The notes: generated from the letters alone by a model not told the origin. DNA of 64,000 nt from Candidatus Kerfeldbacteria bacterium (GCA_016182555.1 JACPGJ010000008.1:455411-519410); one strand, 5' to 3'; counted from the first letter of the stretch, positions 17,984 through 28,669 are shown. Made by a program: numbers and translations.

Positions 17984-19279
17984 TTATGGAGTAATGCGGT
18001 TGATCATGCGTGGAAACGGAATCGTTTCGCGGATATGCTTTGTGCCGGTAATCCAAGCGGTAATACGCTCTAAACCATACCCAAAACCGGAATGAGGCAC
18101 AGAGCCATATTTGCGTAAATCGAGGTACCATTCAAACGGTGCTCGTGGCAGGTTGAATTCTTCCATTTTGCGGACAAGCAAATCATAATCATCAATACGC
18201 TGCGAACCACCAATAATTTCGCCATAGCCTTCTGGTGCTAATAAATCAGAACACAACACGCGGCTCGAATCTTCTGGGTCTGGCTTCATATAAAACGCTT
18301 TCACTTTCGCTGGATATTTCATAATGAACATCGGCACATCGTACTGCTGCGTGAGTATTGTTTCGTCATCTGCGCCGAGGTCGTCATCTGCGGCGATGTC
18401 ACTCCCCAAAACATGCAACTTCTCCACTGCTTCCGCGTGAGTGATGCGTACAAATGGTTTTGTTACGGCGGTTTGCAACGGTGCCACATTTCGCTCCAAC
18501 ACACCCAACTCCACAACATTACGCTCCAACACTGCTGCAACAATATATTTCATCAACCCTTCCTGAATATCCATGTTGCCGATGTAATCCACAAACGCCG
18601 CTTCCGCATCCATCATCCAAAACTCAGTTAAGTGCCGGCGGGTTTTCGATTTTTCTGCACGAAACACCGGACCAAAATCAAACACACGGCCATGCGAAAA
18701 CATGGCGGCTTCCAAATATAACTGCCCACTCTGTGTCAAATACGCTTTTCCTTCATCAAAATAATTCAGTTCAAATAGTTCGGTCGTATCTTCGCAAGAA
18801 GTTGGCGTGAGCACCGGCGCATCAATTTTGATATAGCCTTCTTTATTCAAATATTCGTAGGTTGCGTTAATAATAGTATTGCGCACACGTTGAATTGCCC
18901 ACTGGGTTCCTGCACGCAACCACAGGTGCCGTTCGTTCAACAAAAAATCTGGGCCGTGTTCTTTTTTTCCAATCGGATATTCTTGCGCAATTTGCAATAC
19001 CGTCAACCCACTCACCTGCAATTCATATTCTTCTTTTTTGGGGTGCTTACTTACCGTGCCGGTTAATTCCACGGAAGATTCAATCGTCAGCTTCTGTGTG
19101 CTCTCCCATACTGGCGCAGGCACCGCGGTTTCCGAAACAATCGCCTGCGCAAAACCCGATCCGTCACGAATTTGTAAAAACGCGATCTTGCCCGATGAAC
19201 GCAGGTTATAGACCCATCCACGAAAGGTCACCTCTTCACCAACGTGTTTTGAAAATGCGAAAATGGTTGAATGTGTCAT
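17984..19279 (-). CDS. asnS: asparaginyl-tRNA synthetase
   Basis: 431-aa ORF; OB fold N-terminus; class IIb motifs FRAEKSKTRRHLTEFWMMDAE and GYGLERI. Confidence 0.85.
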   Translation of the reverse strand: MTHSTIFAFSKHVGEEVTFRGWVYNLRSSGKIAFLQIRDGSGFAQAIVSETAVPAPVWESTQKLTIESSVELTGTVSKHPKKEEYELQVSGLTVLQIAQEYPIGKKEHGPDFLLNERHLWLRAGTQWAIQRVRNTIINATYEYLNKEGYIKIDAPVLTPTSCEDTTELFELNYFDEGKAYLTQSGQLYLEAAMFSHGRVFDFGPVFRAEKSKTRRHLTEFWMMDAEAAFVDYIGNMDIQEGLMKYIVAAVLERNVVELGVLERNVAPLQTAVTKPFVRITHAEAVEKLHVLGSDIAADDDLGADDETILTQQYDVPMFIMKYPAKVKAFYMKPDPEDSSRVLCSDLLAPEGYGEIIGGSQRIDDYDLLVRKMEEFNLPRAPFEWYLDLRKYGSVPHSGFGYGLERITAWITGTKHIRETIPFPRMINRITP

Positions 19280-19290
19280 AAAATAGAAAT

Positions 19291-20028
19291 TTATTTTTTA
19301 TCTTCTCGCCGTTCCATCATACGCACCGCTTGTTCCATGGCGAGGGTTTGTTTACGCGCGGTTTCAAAACGTAACACACCAAGGTGTTCTTCGACGTGTC
19401 CGAGTAACTCCGCACGATCTGTATCATGCAGATAACGAAACGCCACTTCTTTCAGCGCGTGAATGGTTGGTTCCATGCGCGTGTCGGCATCAATCGCCGC
19501 GATGAACCCATACTTGAGCACATCAGCCGCACGTTGTTCATTGTACTGCGGTTCGAGTTGTTTACAGAAACGCACCATTTCATCACACAACGCATCTAAC
19601 TCATCAAATTTTTCTGCCATCATCTTCCCCGGCAAAATATATTCTTTGTATTCTGTTTCAATCAACTCAGCAACATCGTCTTCTCCATTTTCCATGTCAG
19701 CACGAATTTCGGTGAGAAAATCGTTCACCAAAAAATCGACTAACGCCGGGTTCACGGTTTCGGCCGCTTCAAAGTAGGAGAATAATTCTGCTTTCACGAA
19801 CGGACTACGCAGTGATTGCTGAGGCGAGGACAACAATGAATACACATGAGTACGGTCAGCTAGTTGGCGCTGAATTTCTTGGTATTCCAACACCGACTTC
19901 GCGAGTTCTTCGAGTTTCGTTATTTGTTCTTGCTTGGCCGTCAATGCAATCAATTGCTGCTCATATTGCACAATCTGGTCATGCAACTGTTGTTTCACTT
20001 CGAATATCTGTTGTTCGTTGATGTTCAT
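19291..20028 (-). CDS. hypothetical coiled-coil protein
   Basis: ORF 19291..20082 trimmed to an internal Met; Glu/Gln-rich predicted coiled coil; no motif recognised. Confidence 0.45.
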   Translation of the reverse strand: MNINEQQIFEVKQQLHDQIVQYEQQLIALTAKQEQITKLEELAKSVLEYQEIQRQLADRTHVYSLLSSPQQSLRSPFVKAELFSYFEAAETVNPALVDFLVNDFLTEIRADMENGEDDVAELIETEYKEYILPGKMMAEKFDELDALCDEMVRFCKQLEPQYNEQRAADVLKYGFIAAIDADTRMEPTIHALKEVAFRYLHDTDRAELLGHVEEHLGVLRFETARKQTLAMEQAVRMMERREDKK

Positions 20029-22690
20029 ATCGACGGTTATTGCGAATAATAAAACTATACTTAATAATCTCAATAATAGCAATAACCACTAGAGAAACAA
20101 CGATAATAATGCTCCATTCCTGGGTCCCCAAGGCAACGGTATTCAACAAGCGTTGTAAAAATGGAACATAGAGCGCGGCCAATTGAATACCTGCCGCCGC
20201 GCTGACCGCCACAAACAGCCAGGGATTGGTGAAAAAATGACGATGAAAAATGGGATGGCGAAGAGAACGCACAGAAAAAACATACAACAAGGAATCAACG
20301 GCGAGTGTCGCGAATACCACCGAACGCGCCAATTCCAGGTTGCCGGTCGTACGCCAAAAATAGAGAAAGACAAAAAAATTACCAACTCCGGTCACGAAAG
20401 AAATAATCAGTGCCAACAGTTTCATTTCGTTGTTCATAATCGGTTCAGTGGCCGGGCGCGGTGGTTCTTTCATGAGTTCGGGCTCTTTCGCTTCAACCGT
20501 GAGGGCCACATTCGGTAAACCATCAGCGACAAGGTTGATCCACAAAATTTGTGCAGCTGTGAGTGGGAGTGGAATGCCGGTGAGTAACGCCAAGCCAATA
20601 AGCAACACTTCAGAAAAAGAATCGGACAACAAGTAGAGTACAATTTTGCGAATGTTATCAAAAATACCACGACCTTCTTCGATCGCCGCCACAATAGTGG
20701 CATATTGATCGTCAAGCAGCACAATATCTGCCGTTTCTTTGGCTACATCTGTTCCGCTGCCGAGGGCTACGCCAATATCTGCCGCTTTCAAGGCCGGTGA
20801 ATCATTCACGCCGTCTCCAGTCATTGCAACTATGGCGCCACGCGACTGCCATGCACGAATAATATTAAGCTTATCTTCCGGCGAGACGCGCGCATACACA
20901 TGAATTTTTTCCACCACCGCATTTAATTCTTCTTGAGTCATGTTATGCAATTGCTCTCCATCGAGAATCTGTTCGTCACTGATGGCAAACCCCACTTCGC
21001 GCGCAATCGCCGTGGCGGTGAATCGATGATCGCCAGTAATCATGATGGTACGAATACCAGCTTGCTGCGTGCGAGCAAACGTTTCCGCAATATTCGGGCG
21101 AAGCGGATCTTTGATGCCAACAAAACCCACAAAAGTCATTTCCGCGCAATCTTCCGGAGTCAATGTGGTCTGTTTTTGTGGAACATCTTTATACGCGAGG
21201 GCGAGAATACGCAACCCTTGTTGCGAATATTCTTCAAACCGTTCTTCAAATTTTTTCCGGGCCGGCGCCATAAACCGTTTTTGTGAAGCACCGGTGCGAA
21301 TATGCGTACACATTTCTATTACTTTTTCTGGCGCGCCTTTCACATAGATACGACGATGACTATGCGGGTGTTGGTGCAACGTAGCCATAAATTTAATTTT
21401 AGAATTGAACGGAATCGAAGCGAGACGCGGTTCGCTTTCCCGCAATACTTCCGGGCTCAATCCTAAGTTCATTCCACCTAACAAAAAAGCTCGCTCAGTA
21501 AAATTTCCTACCACTACCGCTTCTTGCATGGCACTGGCTGCAACCACATGAGCATCGTTACAGAGCATGCCAATATTGAATGCAAACACTAACTCTTCTA
21601 ACCCTTCCGGTTCGTGGCGCTCAACTTCATGTAATTGTTTAAAATGATAATCATGTGTAACCAACGACACAATTTGCATATTCCCTTCGGTAATCGTTCC
21701 GGTTTTGTCCGTACAAATGACACTCGTGGAACCCAGTGTTTCTGCGGCTTGTAAATTGCGCACCAGCGCATGGCGTTTCAAAATACGTTGCATACCAATA
21801 GCCAGAATAATGGTCACCGAAACCACCAAACCTTCTGGAATGGCGGAAACGGCCACAGCCACCGCGGTCGTAAAAATATGCACAAAAGGCTCCCCTTTCA
21901 ACAAACCAATCAACACGATACCAATACAAATAGCGACAACAATACTGCCAATCTGCCGAGCAAAACTATCTAACCGTTTTTGCAACGGCGTTGCTTGCTG
22001 CTTCGTATGAGCCAGTAATTCGGCAACACGACCAATTTCAGTATACAATCCTGTTGCCGTCACTACGGCTTTGCCTGAACCTTTTGTCACGACCGTGCCG
22101 GTGTACACCATATTTGTTCGATCAGCCAGAGTGGTATTGGCATCGAGCTGCGCCACTTGTTTTACGATAGCCATGGATTCACCCGTGAGTGCTGCTTCAT
22201 TTAATTCTAATTCGATCGCTTCAAGTAAACGTGCATCAGCAGGTACTTTGTCACCGGCATCCAAAAAAATAATATCACCGGGCACGAGTTTTTTAGCATC
22301 AATAAAATCTTCTTTGCCTGCACGTATCACTTTTGCCTGCATAGTAATAACAGTACGCAAGCTCTCTAATGCGCGCTCGGCTTTCTGTTCTTGCAAAAAA
22401 CCAACAAGCACATTTAATAATACTGCCGCCAAAATAATATAGGCATCTGTGGCGTCATGCAGCGCGAAACTGACCGCTGCTGCGAGCAATAGAATACCGA
22501 TCAAAAAATTAGCGAATTGTTTGAAAAACAACACAAATACACTTACCCGTTTTGCCTGCGGCAGTTGATTTGGACCGATATGCGTAAACCGTTTTTCCGC
22601 CTCATGGGGCGACAAACCATTGGCACTCGTGTGCAGCGCAGAGCACGCCTCTGCTGACGTCAAAATATAAAAATGTTTTTCTGTATTCAC
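19979..22690 (-). CDS. P-type cation-transporting ATPase (type II, Ca2+/Mg2+-like)
   Basis: 903-aa ORF; phosphorylation site CTDKTGTIT, hinge TGDGVNDSPALKAADIGVA, about 10 TM helices. Confidence 0.85.
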   Translation of the reverse strand: MNTEKHFYILTSAEACSALHTSANGLSPHEAEKRFTHIGPNQLPQAKRVSVFVLFFKQFANFLIGILLLAAAVSFALHDATDAYIILAAVLLNVLVGFLQEQKAERALESLRTVITMQAKVIRAGKEDFIDAKKLVPGDIIFLDAGDKVPADARLLEAIELELNEAALTGESMAIVKQVAQLDANTTLADRTNMVYTGTVVTKGSGKAVVTATGLYTEIGRVAELLAHTKQQATPLQKRLDSFARQIGSIVVAICIGIVLIGLLKGEPFVHIFTTAVAVAVSAIPEGLVVSVTIILAIGMQRILKRHALVRNLQAAETLGSTSVICTDKTGTITEGNMQIVSLVTHDYHFKQLHEVERHEPEGLEELVFAFNIGMLCNDAHVVAASAMQEAVVVGNFTERAFLLGGMNLGLSPEVLRESEPRLASIPFNSKIKFMATLHQHPHSHRRIYVKGAPEKVIEMCTHIRTGASQKRFMAPARKKFEERFEEYSQQGLRILALAYKDVPQKQTTLTPEDCAEMTFVGFVGIKDPLRPNIAETFARTQQAGIRTIMITGDHRFTATAIAREVGFAISDEQILDGEQLHNMTQEELNAVVEKIHVYARVSPEDKLNIIRAWQSRGAIVAMTGDGVNDSPALKAADIGVALGSGTDVAKETADIVLLDDQYATIVAAIEEGRGIFDNIRKIVLYLLSDSFSEVLLIGLALLTGIPLPLTAAQILWINLVADGLPNVALTVEAKEPELMKEPPRPATEPIMNNEMKLLALIISFVTGVGNFFVFLYFWRTTGNLELARSVVFATLAVDSLLYVFSVRSLRHPIFHRHFFTNPWLFVAVSAAAGIQLAALYVPFLQRLLNTVALGTQEWSIIIVVSLVVIAIIEIIKYSFIIRNNRRYEHQRTTDIRSETTVA

Positions 22691-22722
22691 AAAACTATTG
22701 TAGCATTACTGTGAGTGCTATA

Positions 22723-22878
22723 TCAATGCATGTTTCTACCGGCAAACCGTGCAGCAACGACGACGATTGCGATAAATAAAATAATACTGAAAAAAAAGAC
22801 CCCCATTGATAACATCACGGCTTTTCGGACAATCGCCGTCTTCCCGGGTTCTTTCTGTTCTTTGCTGTTATCAGCCAT
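22723..22878 (-). CDS. small membrane protein (51 aa), not in ORF track
   Basis: ATG 3 nt after the upstream gene's stop; MADNSKEQKEPGKTAIVRKAVMLSMGVFFFSIILFIAIVVVAARFAGRNMH; one TM. Confidence 0.3.
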   Translation of the reverse strand: MADNSKEQKEPGKTAIVRKAVMLSMGVFFFSIILFIAIVVVAARFAGRNMH

Positions 22879-22881
22879 AGA

Positions 22882-23808
22882 CTATACCGTGCTTGAAGAA
22901 ACCATTGCCCGCTTTGACTTCAAGAAAAAATAAACCACGACTCCGAAGGTAATCACTGGCGAGACCCATTCCGGAATATGAAATCCAAAGCTATGCAGTA
23001 CCATAATACCACCGAGAAAAAGAATGGAATACATTGCGCCATTCTTTAAATATTTATATTTCTTAATACGCTCCACATTGCTCACCGTCAGTTGACGAAC
23101 CACAATCGCGCCAATACCATTTCCCACCAAAATCAACGGCACCGAAAGTGTGAACGCAAATGCACCCAGCACGCCATCAATTGAAAATGTCGCATCGATG
23201 ACTTCCAAATACAAAATTTTGCTGATGTCCGACATGCTCCCCTGTTGAATAAGTTGTTGTTCTCGTAATTCCGCATTTTTCTTAAATCCATGTGTAATGA
23301 AAAAAGCCGTAGAACCGACCACAGCACCGAAAGCCAGCAGCGGATCTTTATGCAACGCAAACCAAACAATCGTTGCTAATGCAATGGAAACCACGGCATA
23401 AAACCAAACGCCTTGACGGTAAAGAAATTTTTCTCCAAACAGACCAAAATGTTTTTCTTCCAAAAAAATCCAATGCAGAAAAAGAAAAACAAGGAATGTG
23501 CCACCACCAATGAGCAAAATAGGTGCCGATTTTTCAATCGCTGCCAATACTTGCGGATCGCTGCTAAATGTCGCGGTCAATGCACCAATGGGGCCGAGGC
23601 TTGGAATGGTTGCCCATACAATCGCCCACGGCATCAGACCGCGCACGAGAAACACCGCAATGAGAATACCCCACATCAAAAACCAACGGCGTGCTTTTTT
23701 CCCCATGGTCGAAAGCACCTCTGCATTAATAATGGCATTATCAATGCTGCTGATGGTTTCAAAGAGAACGAGTCCGCCAATAATGAGAAAAATTGAAAAA
23801 ATATTCAT
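22882..23808 (-). CDS. TerC-family integral membrane protein
   Basis: 308-aa polytopic protein; N-terminal ETISSIDNAIINAEVL resembles the TerC/UPF0053 signature. Confidence 0.6.
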   Translation of the reverse strand: MNIFSIFLIIGGLVLFETISSIDNAIINAEVLSTMGKKARRWFLMWGILIAVFLVRGLMPWAIVWATIPSLGPIGALTATFSSDPQVLAAIEKSAPILLIGGGTFLVFLFLHWIFLEEKHFGLFGEKFLYRQGVWFYAVVSIALATIVWFALHKDPLLAFGAVVGSTAFFITHGFKKNAELREQQLIQQGSMSDISKILYLEVIDATFSIDGVLGAFAFTLSVPLILVGNGIGAIVVRQLTVSNVERIKKYKYLKNGAMYSILFLGGIMVLHSFGFHIPEWVSPVITFGVVVYFFLKSKRAMVSSSTV

Positions 23809-23812
23809 AGGG

Positions 23813-23885
23813 TGGGTCGTGCAGGAATCGAACCTGCGACCATCAGCTTAAAAGGCTGTTGCTCTACCGACTGAGCTAACGACCC
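23813..23885 (-). tRNA. tRNA-Lys (anticodon TTT)
   Basis: Minus strand gggtcgttagctcagtcggtagagcaacagccttTTTaagctgatggtcgcaggttcgattcctgcacgaccca; canonical D and T arms; anticodon loop cttTTTaa. Confidence 0.85.
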
Positions 23886-23979
23886 ATGCACTTGAAAAGC
23901 ATGCAGCAGTATACCAAAGATATTAATCAATGTGAAGCAGATCATACCATCATTGCAGAGTTAGGTCAAGCGGTTGAGC

Positions 23980-24008
23980 TTGACCAGCTTCTCCAGCATG
24001 CCTATAAT
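23980..24008 (+). promoter_or_regulatory. sigma-70 consensus promoter TTGACC-N17-TATAAT
   Basis: TTGACCagcttctccagcatgccTATAAT about 45 nt upstream of the 24054 ORF; the -35 overlaps the 3' arm of a perfect 8-bp hairpin (ggtcaagc/gcttgacc, 23964-23985). Confidence 0.5.
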
Positions 24009-24053
24009 TGATGGCTCGACAATGAATTTTATTAACATACTAGTCTATTTCTC

Positions 24054-26807
24054 ATGATATATTCTCCCTCTATTCGCATGCGTATCGCCGCCGCCTTAAC
24101 CTTGGCTTCTTTTTTTATCAGTGTTTTTCACATCGGTTCGGAAATACGTACAGCAAATGCACAAAAAACCAGGCAGAAAAAAAATACAATCAATGTGCCT
24201 CTCCATATTAAAAATTCGAATAGTGTACCGCGAAACAATGCCATAGTCAGCTCAGGTATTCCCCTACCCGAAGCCAACCATATCACACGAACAAAAAAAT
24301 TACGCATTGTTGATGACACTGGAAAAATCATTCCTGCTCAATTTCAAGTACTTTCTCGGTGGAACGGTGGACCGCAAAATAAGCATAATCCTATTCAGTG
24401 GGTCTTAGTCGATTTTCAAGTGAAGAGCCTGCCGGCAAATGGGGAAAAAATATTTCGTTTGCAAACTGCTCCAGGAAACCATGTACCTCATAACCAAATT
24501 CACATTCAAAAAACAGCAGATCACTTTACGATCAATACCGGTGTAGCGCAGTTTGTATTAAACCGAAAACAATTTACGCTCTTTCAACAAGTGAAGATAG
24601 ATAGCGATGATGATGGCACTCTCGATACAGAATTACTGAATCCAGACACGGGAGGAGCCATACTCACCATGAATGGAAAAACCTATACGACACGCAATGG
24701 TGATATGCAAACCATGAAATTTGAACACCGCGGCCCATTGCATAGCGTGCTGTTAGTCAAAGGTTGGCACGAAAATAGTGCAGGGGAAAAAGCGCTGGCA
24801 TACACTACTCGGTTCCATTTTTATGCGAATAGTCCAGCAGTGACTGTGCAATATGCAGCTTGGAATGATGGAAAAATAGTGAATGAAGGTGGACAACCCG
24901 ATATCAAAGAATTTGGCAGTCCAAATACAGCCATATTTAGCGGCATCACACTCAACACCCAACTACAAACACATAATTCACCATCCTACACCATCGGTGG
25001 TACAGCAGATGAGCGTTGGAATGGAACACTCTATAATGAAGCTGTATTATATCAAGATTCCAGTGGTGGTCCGAAATGGAGCCACACCCCAGATAATGTG
25101 AATAATACCTTTCGCGGATTTACCGCCACTGCAAATGACACGACGATGCATGACAGTTGCGCAAACGATGCAGATTCTGCGAATTGCCGCGCTGTTGGCT
25201 GGATTGATCTCTCTTCTTCCGCTGGTGGACTTGCCGTTGGTGTGCGTGACTTTTGGCAAAACTATCCGAAGGGATTGCGGGTGAATACAAATGGAACCGT
25301 ACAGGTGGAACTGTTTCCAGAAGAATACAACGCGAATTTTGAATTGCGTGTCGGAGAACAAAAAACCCATACTATTTCCTACTACTTTCATGCACCGGAT
25401 ATCAGCAGTGAACAGATACAGCAACAGATGATCGGTGCAAATTCACCTCTACAAGCCTGGGCGCCTGCCAATTGGTATCTCAACAAAGCAGCCGTTTTTC
25501 ACCATGCCGTCGCATACAACAAGAAAAAATTCTCAGCGTTTGAAGGCTATAACAATGCGGCTATCTCTTACAAAGATGCGAACTTGTTCTTACTCGAAGA
25601 TGGCATACCAAATACAGGCTGGACGTATGGTGACCGACCAGAATCATACGGTTGGCGAAATTATGGCGACCGCATTGCCGAAGATGAAACATCTGGTGAT
25701 GGCTACCCTGTATTCACGAACATGCAATACGACCATACCTGGTTCTATATTCTTCAAACAATTCGCACACTGGGCAGTGGAAACAGTCGGTCAGATGACT
25801 GGTGGAATTTAGCAGCACCAGCGGCATTGCTGCAAGGCGATATTAATATTATTCATTCACGCTGTACCGGAAAAACGGCAACAGCCATGGGATCGTGCAT
25901 GGATTCAAGTACACCAATACCAATCGGTTGGGCAATGGGCGGCCGGCTGACTAACCAGTGGCATTCCTGGTCATCGGAACATATTCATCGCCACGCCTTA
26001 ATTGATTCTTGGGCCGGAGGATTGCATGGCCAGCTTTATTATTACTACCTTACCGGCGACGGTTTTGTGAAAGACGCTTGGAAAGAATATGCACGTAATA
26101 GTGCCTGGCGGATGGAGAATACGCCATGCAACCAAGACATAACAACAGATTGCGACCCAGGGTATGCATCAATGAATCCTCATGCGGCTCAAGATAACGA
26201 ATGGGGTCGAGGCGGAGCCTATATGTTGGAAATTCTTACTGACGCATGGAACGCCACGGGCAAGCAACGTTACTTGGATTCCGCACAAGCTGTCGTTGCA
26301 GCACTCAACCCAGATGGCACGTGGTTTACAGCACCAGATTTCACTTTAAATAGTAACGCAGAAGGAACTGGCCGTACGGTTTCACCTTGGGCAGTGGCGA
26401 TGGTCACCAAATCGTTAGGATATTATCTCGATAGCTACAAAGACCATTTTGGCACCATAGATACCAATGCTCAACATGATTTAATCGAATACGCCCACGT
26501 ACTGAGCAACTTTTGGCAACTAGGTGAGGACCAACCTACGCAATACCGCATTTATGAAAATGGAGCGTATACACCCGTAGAAAGTGACCCCCTGGATGTA
26601 GCTATGGCCGATGGATTGATTTGGGCGCTCGATTATGATGATGGCACACTAGACCGTGTTCGTATTGCAAAGGTGGCAGAAGCGGCTTTCAACGCCGGCA
26701 GCCATCCGTGGGGTTCATACGCCGAAAATACCTATATGACCACCAAAACCCACGTGATGATGGGAATCAATGGTTGGCGCTACATGAAATACGCACTCAA
26801 CAAATAA
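24054..26807 (+). CDS. large secreted hypothetical protein (917 aa)
   Basis: Signal peptide (MRIAAALTLASFFISVFHIGSEIRTANA); Trp/Tyr/Asn/Gly-rich extracellular protein; no catalytic motif recognised. Confidence 0.7.
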   Translation: MIYSPSIRMRIAAALTLASFFISVFHIGSEIRTANAQKTRQKKNTINVPLHIKNSNSVPRNNAIVSSGIPLPEANHITRTKKLRIVDDTGKIIPAQFQVLSRWNGGPQNKHNPIQWVLVDFQVKSLPANGEKIFRLQTAPGNHVPHNQIHIQKTADHFTINTGVAQFVLNRKQFTLFQQVKIDSDDDGTLDTELLNPDTGGAILTMNGKTYTTRNGDMQTMKFEHRGPLHSVLLVKGWHENSAGEKALAYTTRFHFYANSPAVTVQYAAWNDGKIVNEGGQPDIKEFGSPNTAIFSGITLNTQLQTHNSPSYTIGGTADERWNGTLYNEAVLYQDSSGGPKWSHTPDNVNNTFRGFTATANDTTMHDSCANDADSANCRAVGWIDLSSSAGGLAVGVRDFWQNYPKGLRVNTNGTVQVELFPEEYNANFELRVGEQKTHTISYYFHAPDISSEQIQQQMIGANSPLQAWAPANWYLNKAAVFHHAVAYNKKKFSAFEGYNNAAISYKDANLFLLEDGIPNTGWTYGDRPESYGWRNYGDRIAEDETSGDGYPVFTNMQYDHTWFYILQTIRTLGSGNSRSDDWWNLAAPAALLQGDINIIHSRCTGKTATAMGSCMDSSTPIPIGWAMGGRLTNQWHSWSSEHIHRHALIDSWAGGLHGQLYYYYLTGDGFVKDAWKEYARNSAWRMENTPCNQDITTDCDPGYASMNPHAAQDNEWGRGGAYMLEILTDAWNATGKQRYLDSAQAVVAALNPDGTWFTAPDFTLNSNAEGTGRTVSPWAVAMVTKSLGYYLDSYKDHFGTIDTNAQHDLIEYAHVLSNFWQLGEDQPTQYRIYENGAYTPVESDPLDVAMADGLIWALDYDDGTLDRVRIAKVAEAAFNAGSHPWGSYAENTYMTTKTHVMMGINGWRYMKYALNK

Positions 26808-26824
26808 ACTGTGTGTACAACACG

Positions 26825-26845
26825 GGGAAAGAATGTGTCTTTCCC
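26825..26845 (+). terminator. hairpin downstream of the 917-aa gene (no T-run)
   Basis: gggaaaga-atgtg-tctttccc: perfect 8-bp stem 18 nt after the stop codon. Confidence 0.3.
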
Positions 26846-26890
26846 TGCGTTGGCATTGGCAGAAATTTACGATAAGATACGGAGACACCT

Positions 26891-28282
26891 ATGGCAGAAA
26901 CATCTCTCATCCCTCAACCCGCTCTCGGCTTTGTGCCGCCAAATAACACCGAAGCTGAACAGGCGGTCCTCGGCGCGTTGCTGATTGACCAAAACGCCAT
27001 TATTCGGGTTGCCGATATTGTCGATTCTGATGATTTTTACGCCGAAAAGCACCGGTTGATTTATGAATCGATGATTGAGATTTACAGCAAACGTGAACCG
27101 ATTGACCTGGTGAGTTTGACCAACCGTTTGAACGAAAAAAATGTGCTGGAAAATATTGGCGGCCGTGCCTTTCTTGCGGGACTGACCAATAGCGTCCCAA
27201 CAGCCAGCAATGTCGAATTCTACGCCAAAATTGTTCACCAAAAAGCGACGCTACGTCGTTTAATCAAAACCGGTTACGACATTATCAAATTTGGACAAGA
27301 AGAAACCAATGATATTGAACATGTGTTGGACAAAGCTGAACAGGCACTCTTCACGGTATCGCAACAATCCCTGCGCCAAAACTTTGTCGCCATTCATTCT
27401 ATTTTGACGGATGCCTTTGACCGGTTGGACGAAATTCATCGTAATGAAGGAAAGTTGCGTGGCGTTTCAACCGGCTACAAAGCCTTAGATAATATGCTCG
27501 GTGGATTGCAGAAATCAGATCTCATCATTTTAGCAGCTCGACCATCGATGGGAAAAACCGGTTTGGCGTTGGATATTGCGCGGCATGTGTCGGTGCGAGA
27601 AAAAATTCCCACCGCGATTGTGTCACTGGAAATGAGTAAAGACCAATTAGGCGACCGCATGTTGTGTGCCGAAGCCAGCGTCGATTTATGGAAAATGCGC
27701 ACTGGCAAACTGCAAAACGATTCCGACTTTGCCAATATCGGCCGTGCGATGGGAGCACTCGCTGAAGCTCCCCTCTTCATCGACGACTCTGCGTCTGCCA
27801 ATATTATGGAAATTCGCACCAAGGCCCGCCGTTTGCAAATGGAACACGGTATCGGATTATTGATTATCGATTATTTACAATTAATGGAAGGGCGCAATAC
27901 CAATTCCGATAACCGCGTGCAAGAAATTGCCGAGATCTCTCGTGGGTTAAAATCGATTGCGCGTGAATTGAATGTACCGGTGCTCGCGTTGTCGCAGTTG
28001 TCTCGCGCCGTGGAACAACAAAATCCACCGATTCCAAAGCTCTCTCATTTACGTGAAAGTGGTAGCATTGAACAAGATGCCGATGTCGTCATGTTTATTT
28101 ACCGTGAAGAATATTATAAAAGAGATAGCGACCGAAAAAACATTGCGGACGTGATTATCGCTAAACACCGTAACGGTCCCGTAGGCCAAATTGAACTGTT
28201 CTTCGATATTGAAAAAGCATCGTTCAAAAACCTAGAAAAACGGTTTAATGATGTTGGCCCTCCCCCACCCGAAGCGTTCTAA
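26891..28282 (+). CDS. dnaB: replicative DNA helicase DnaB
   Basis: 463-aa ORF; N-terminal EAEQAVLGALLID; Walker A RPSMGKTGLALDIA; RecA-like C-terminal domain. Confidence 0.9.
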   Translation: MAETSLIPQPALGFVPPNNTEAEQAVLGALLIDQNAIIRVADIVDSDDFYAEKHRLIYESMIEIYSKREPIDLVSLTNRLNEKNVLENIGGRAFLAGLTNSVPTASNVEFYAKIVHQKATLRRLIKTGYDIIKFGQEETNDIEHVLDKAEQALFTVSQQSLRQNFVAIHSILTDAFDRLDEIHRNEGKLRGVSTGYKALDNMLGGLQKSDLIILAARPSMGKTGLALDIARHVSVREKIPTAIVSLEMSKDQLGDRMLCAEASVDLWKMRTGKLQNDSDFANIGRAMGALAEAPLFIDDSASANIMEIRTKARRLQMEHGIGLLIIDYLQLMEGRNTNSDNRVQEIAEISRGLKSIARELNVPVLALSQLSRAVEQQNPPIPKLSHLRESGSIEQDADVVMFIYREEYYKRDSDRKNIADVIIAKHRNGPVGQIELFFDIEKASFKNLEKRFNDVGPPPPEAF

Positions 28283-28363
28283 ATAGTAGGGCAGCTAACC
28301 CGGCTTGCGAGAGTAGCTCCGCTTCGATACAATACAAACACTTAACTGATTGATAACAAGTAT

Positions 28364-28669
28364 ATGTTTCAAAAACTGAAGCAGTATAAAGACCTGCGTG
28401 GTCAAGCAAAAAAAGCGCAATCTATCCTGGAATCCGTGACGGTTCATGCCGATGCGGCTGGCGGAAAAATTGCAATTGTGATGGATGGCAACCAAAAAAT
28501 TATGAATCTGGATATTGACGTTTCACTTTTTGCGCCAGAACACAAAAAGAAAGTGGAAGATGGGGTGAAAGAAGCCATTGAAAATGCAACGAAAAAATTG
28601 CAACGCGTGATGTTACAAAAAATTAAAGCGGGCGAATTGGAAATGCCAGATATGTCGAAACTGGCGTAA
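28364..28669 (+). CDS. ybaB: nucleoid-associated protein YbaB/EbfC
   Basis: 101-aa ORF; MFQKLKQYKDLRGQAKKAQSILESVTV...GGKIAIVMDGNQKIMNLDID; precedes recR as is usual. Confidence 0.85.
   Translation: MFQKLKQYKDLRGQAKKAQSILESVTVHADAAGGKIAIVMDGNQKIMNLDIDVSLFAPEHKKKVEDGVKEAIENATKKLQRVMLQKIKAGELEMPDMSKLA

Noticed and set aside
19979-20082. 104-nt overlap between the P-type ATPase 3' end and the upstream hypothetical ORF
   Set aside because: Most likely an ORF-caller artefact from over-extending the downstream gene's N-terminus; an internal Met at 20028 reduces the overlap. It is not treated as a programmed frameshift.
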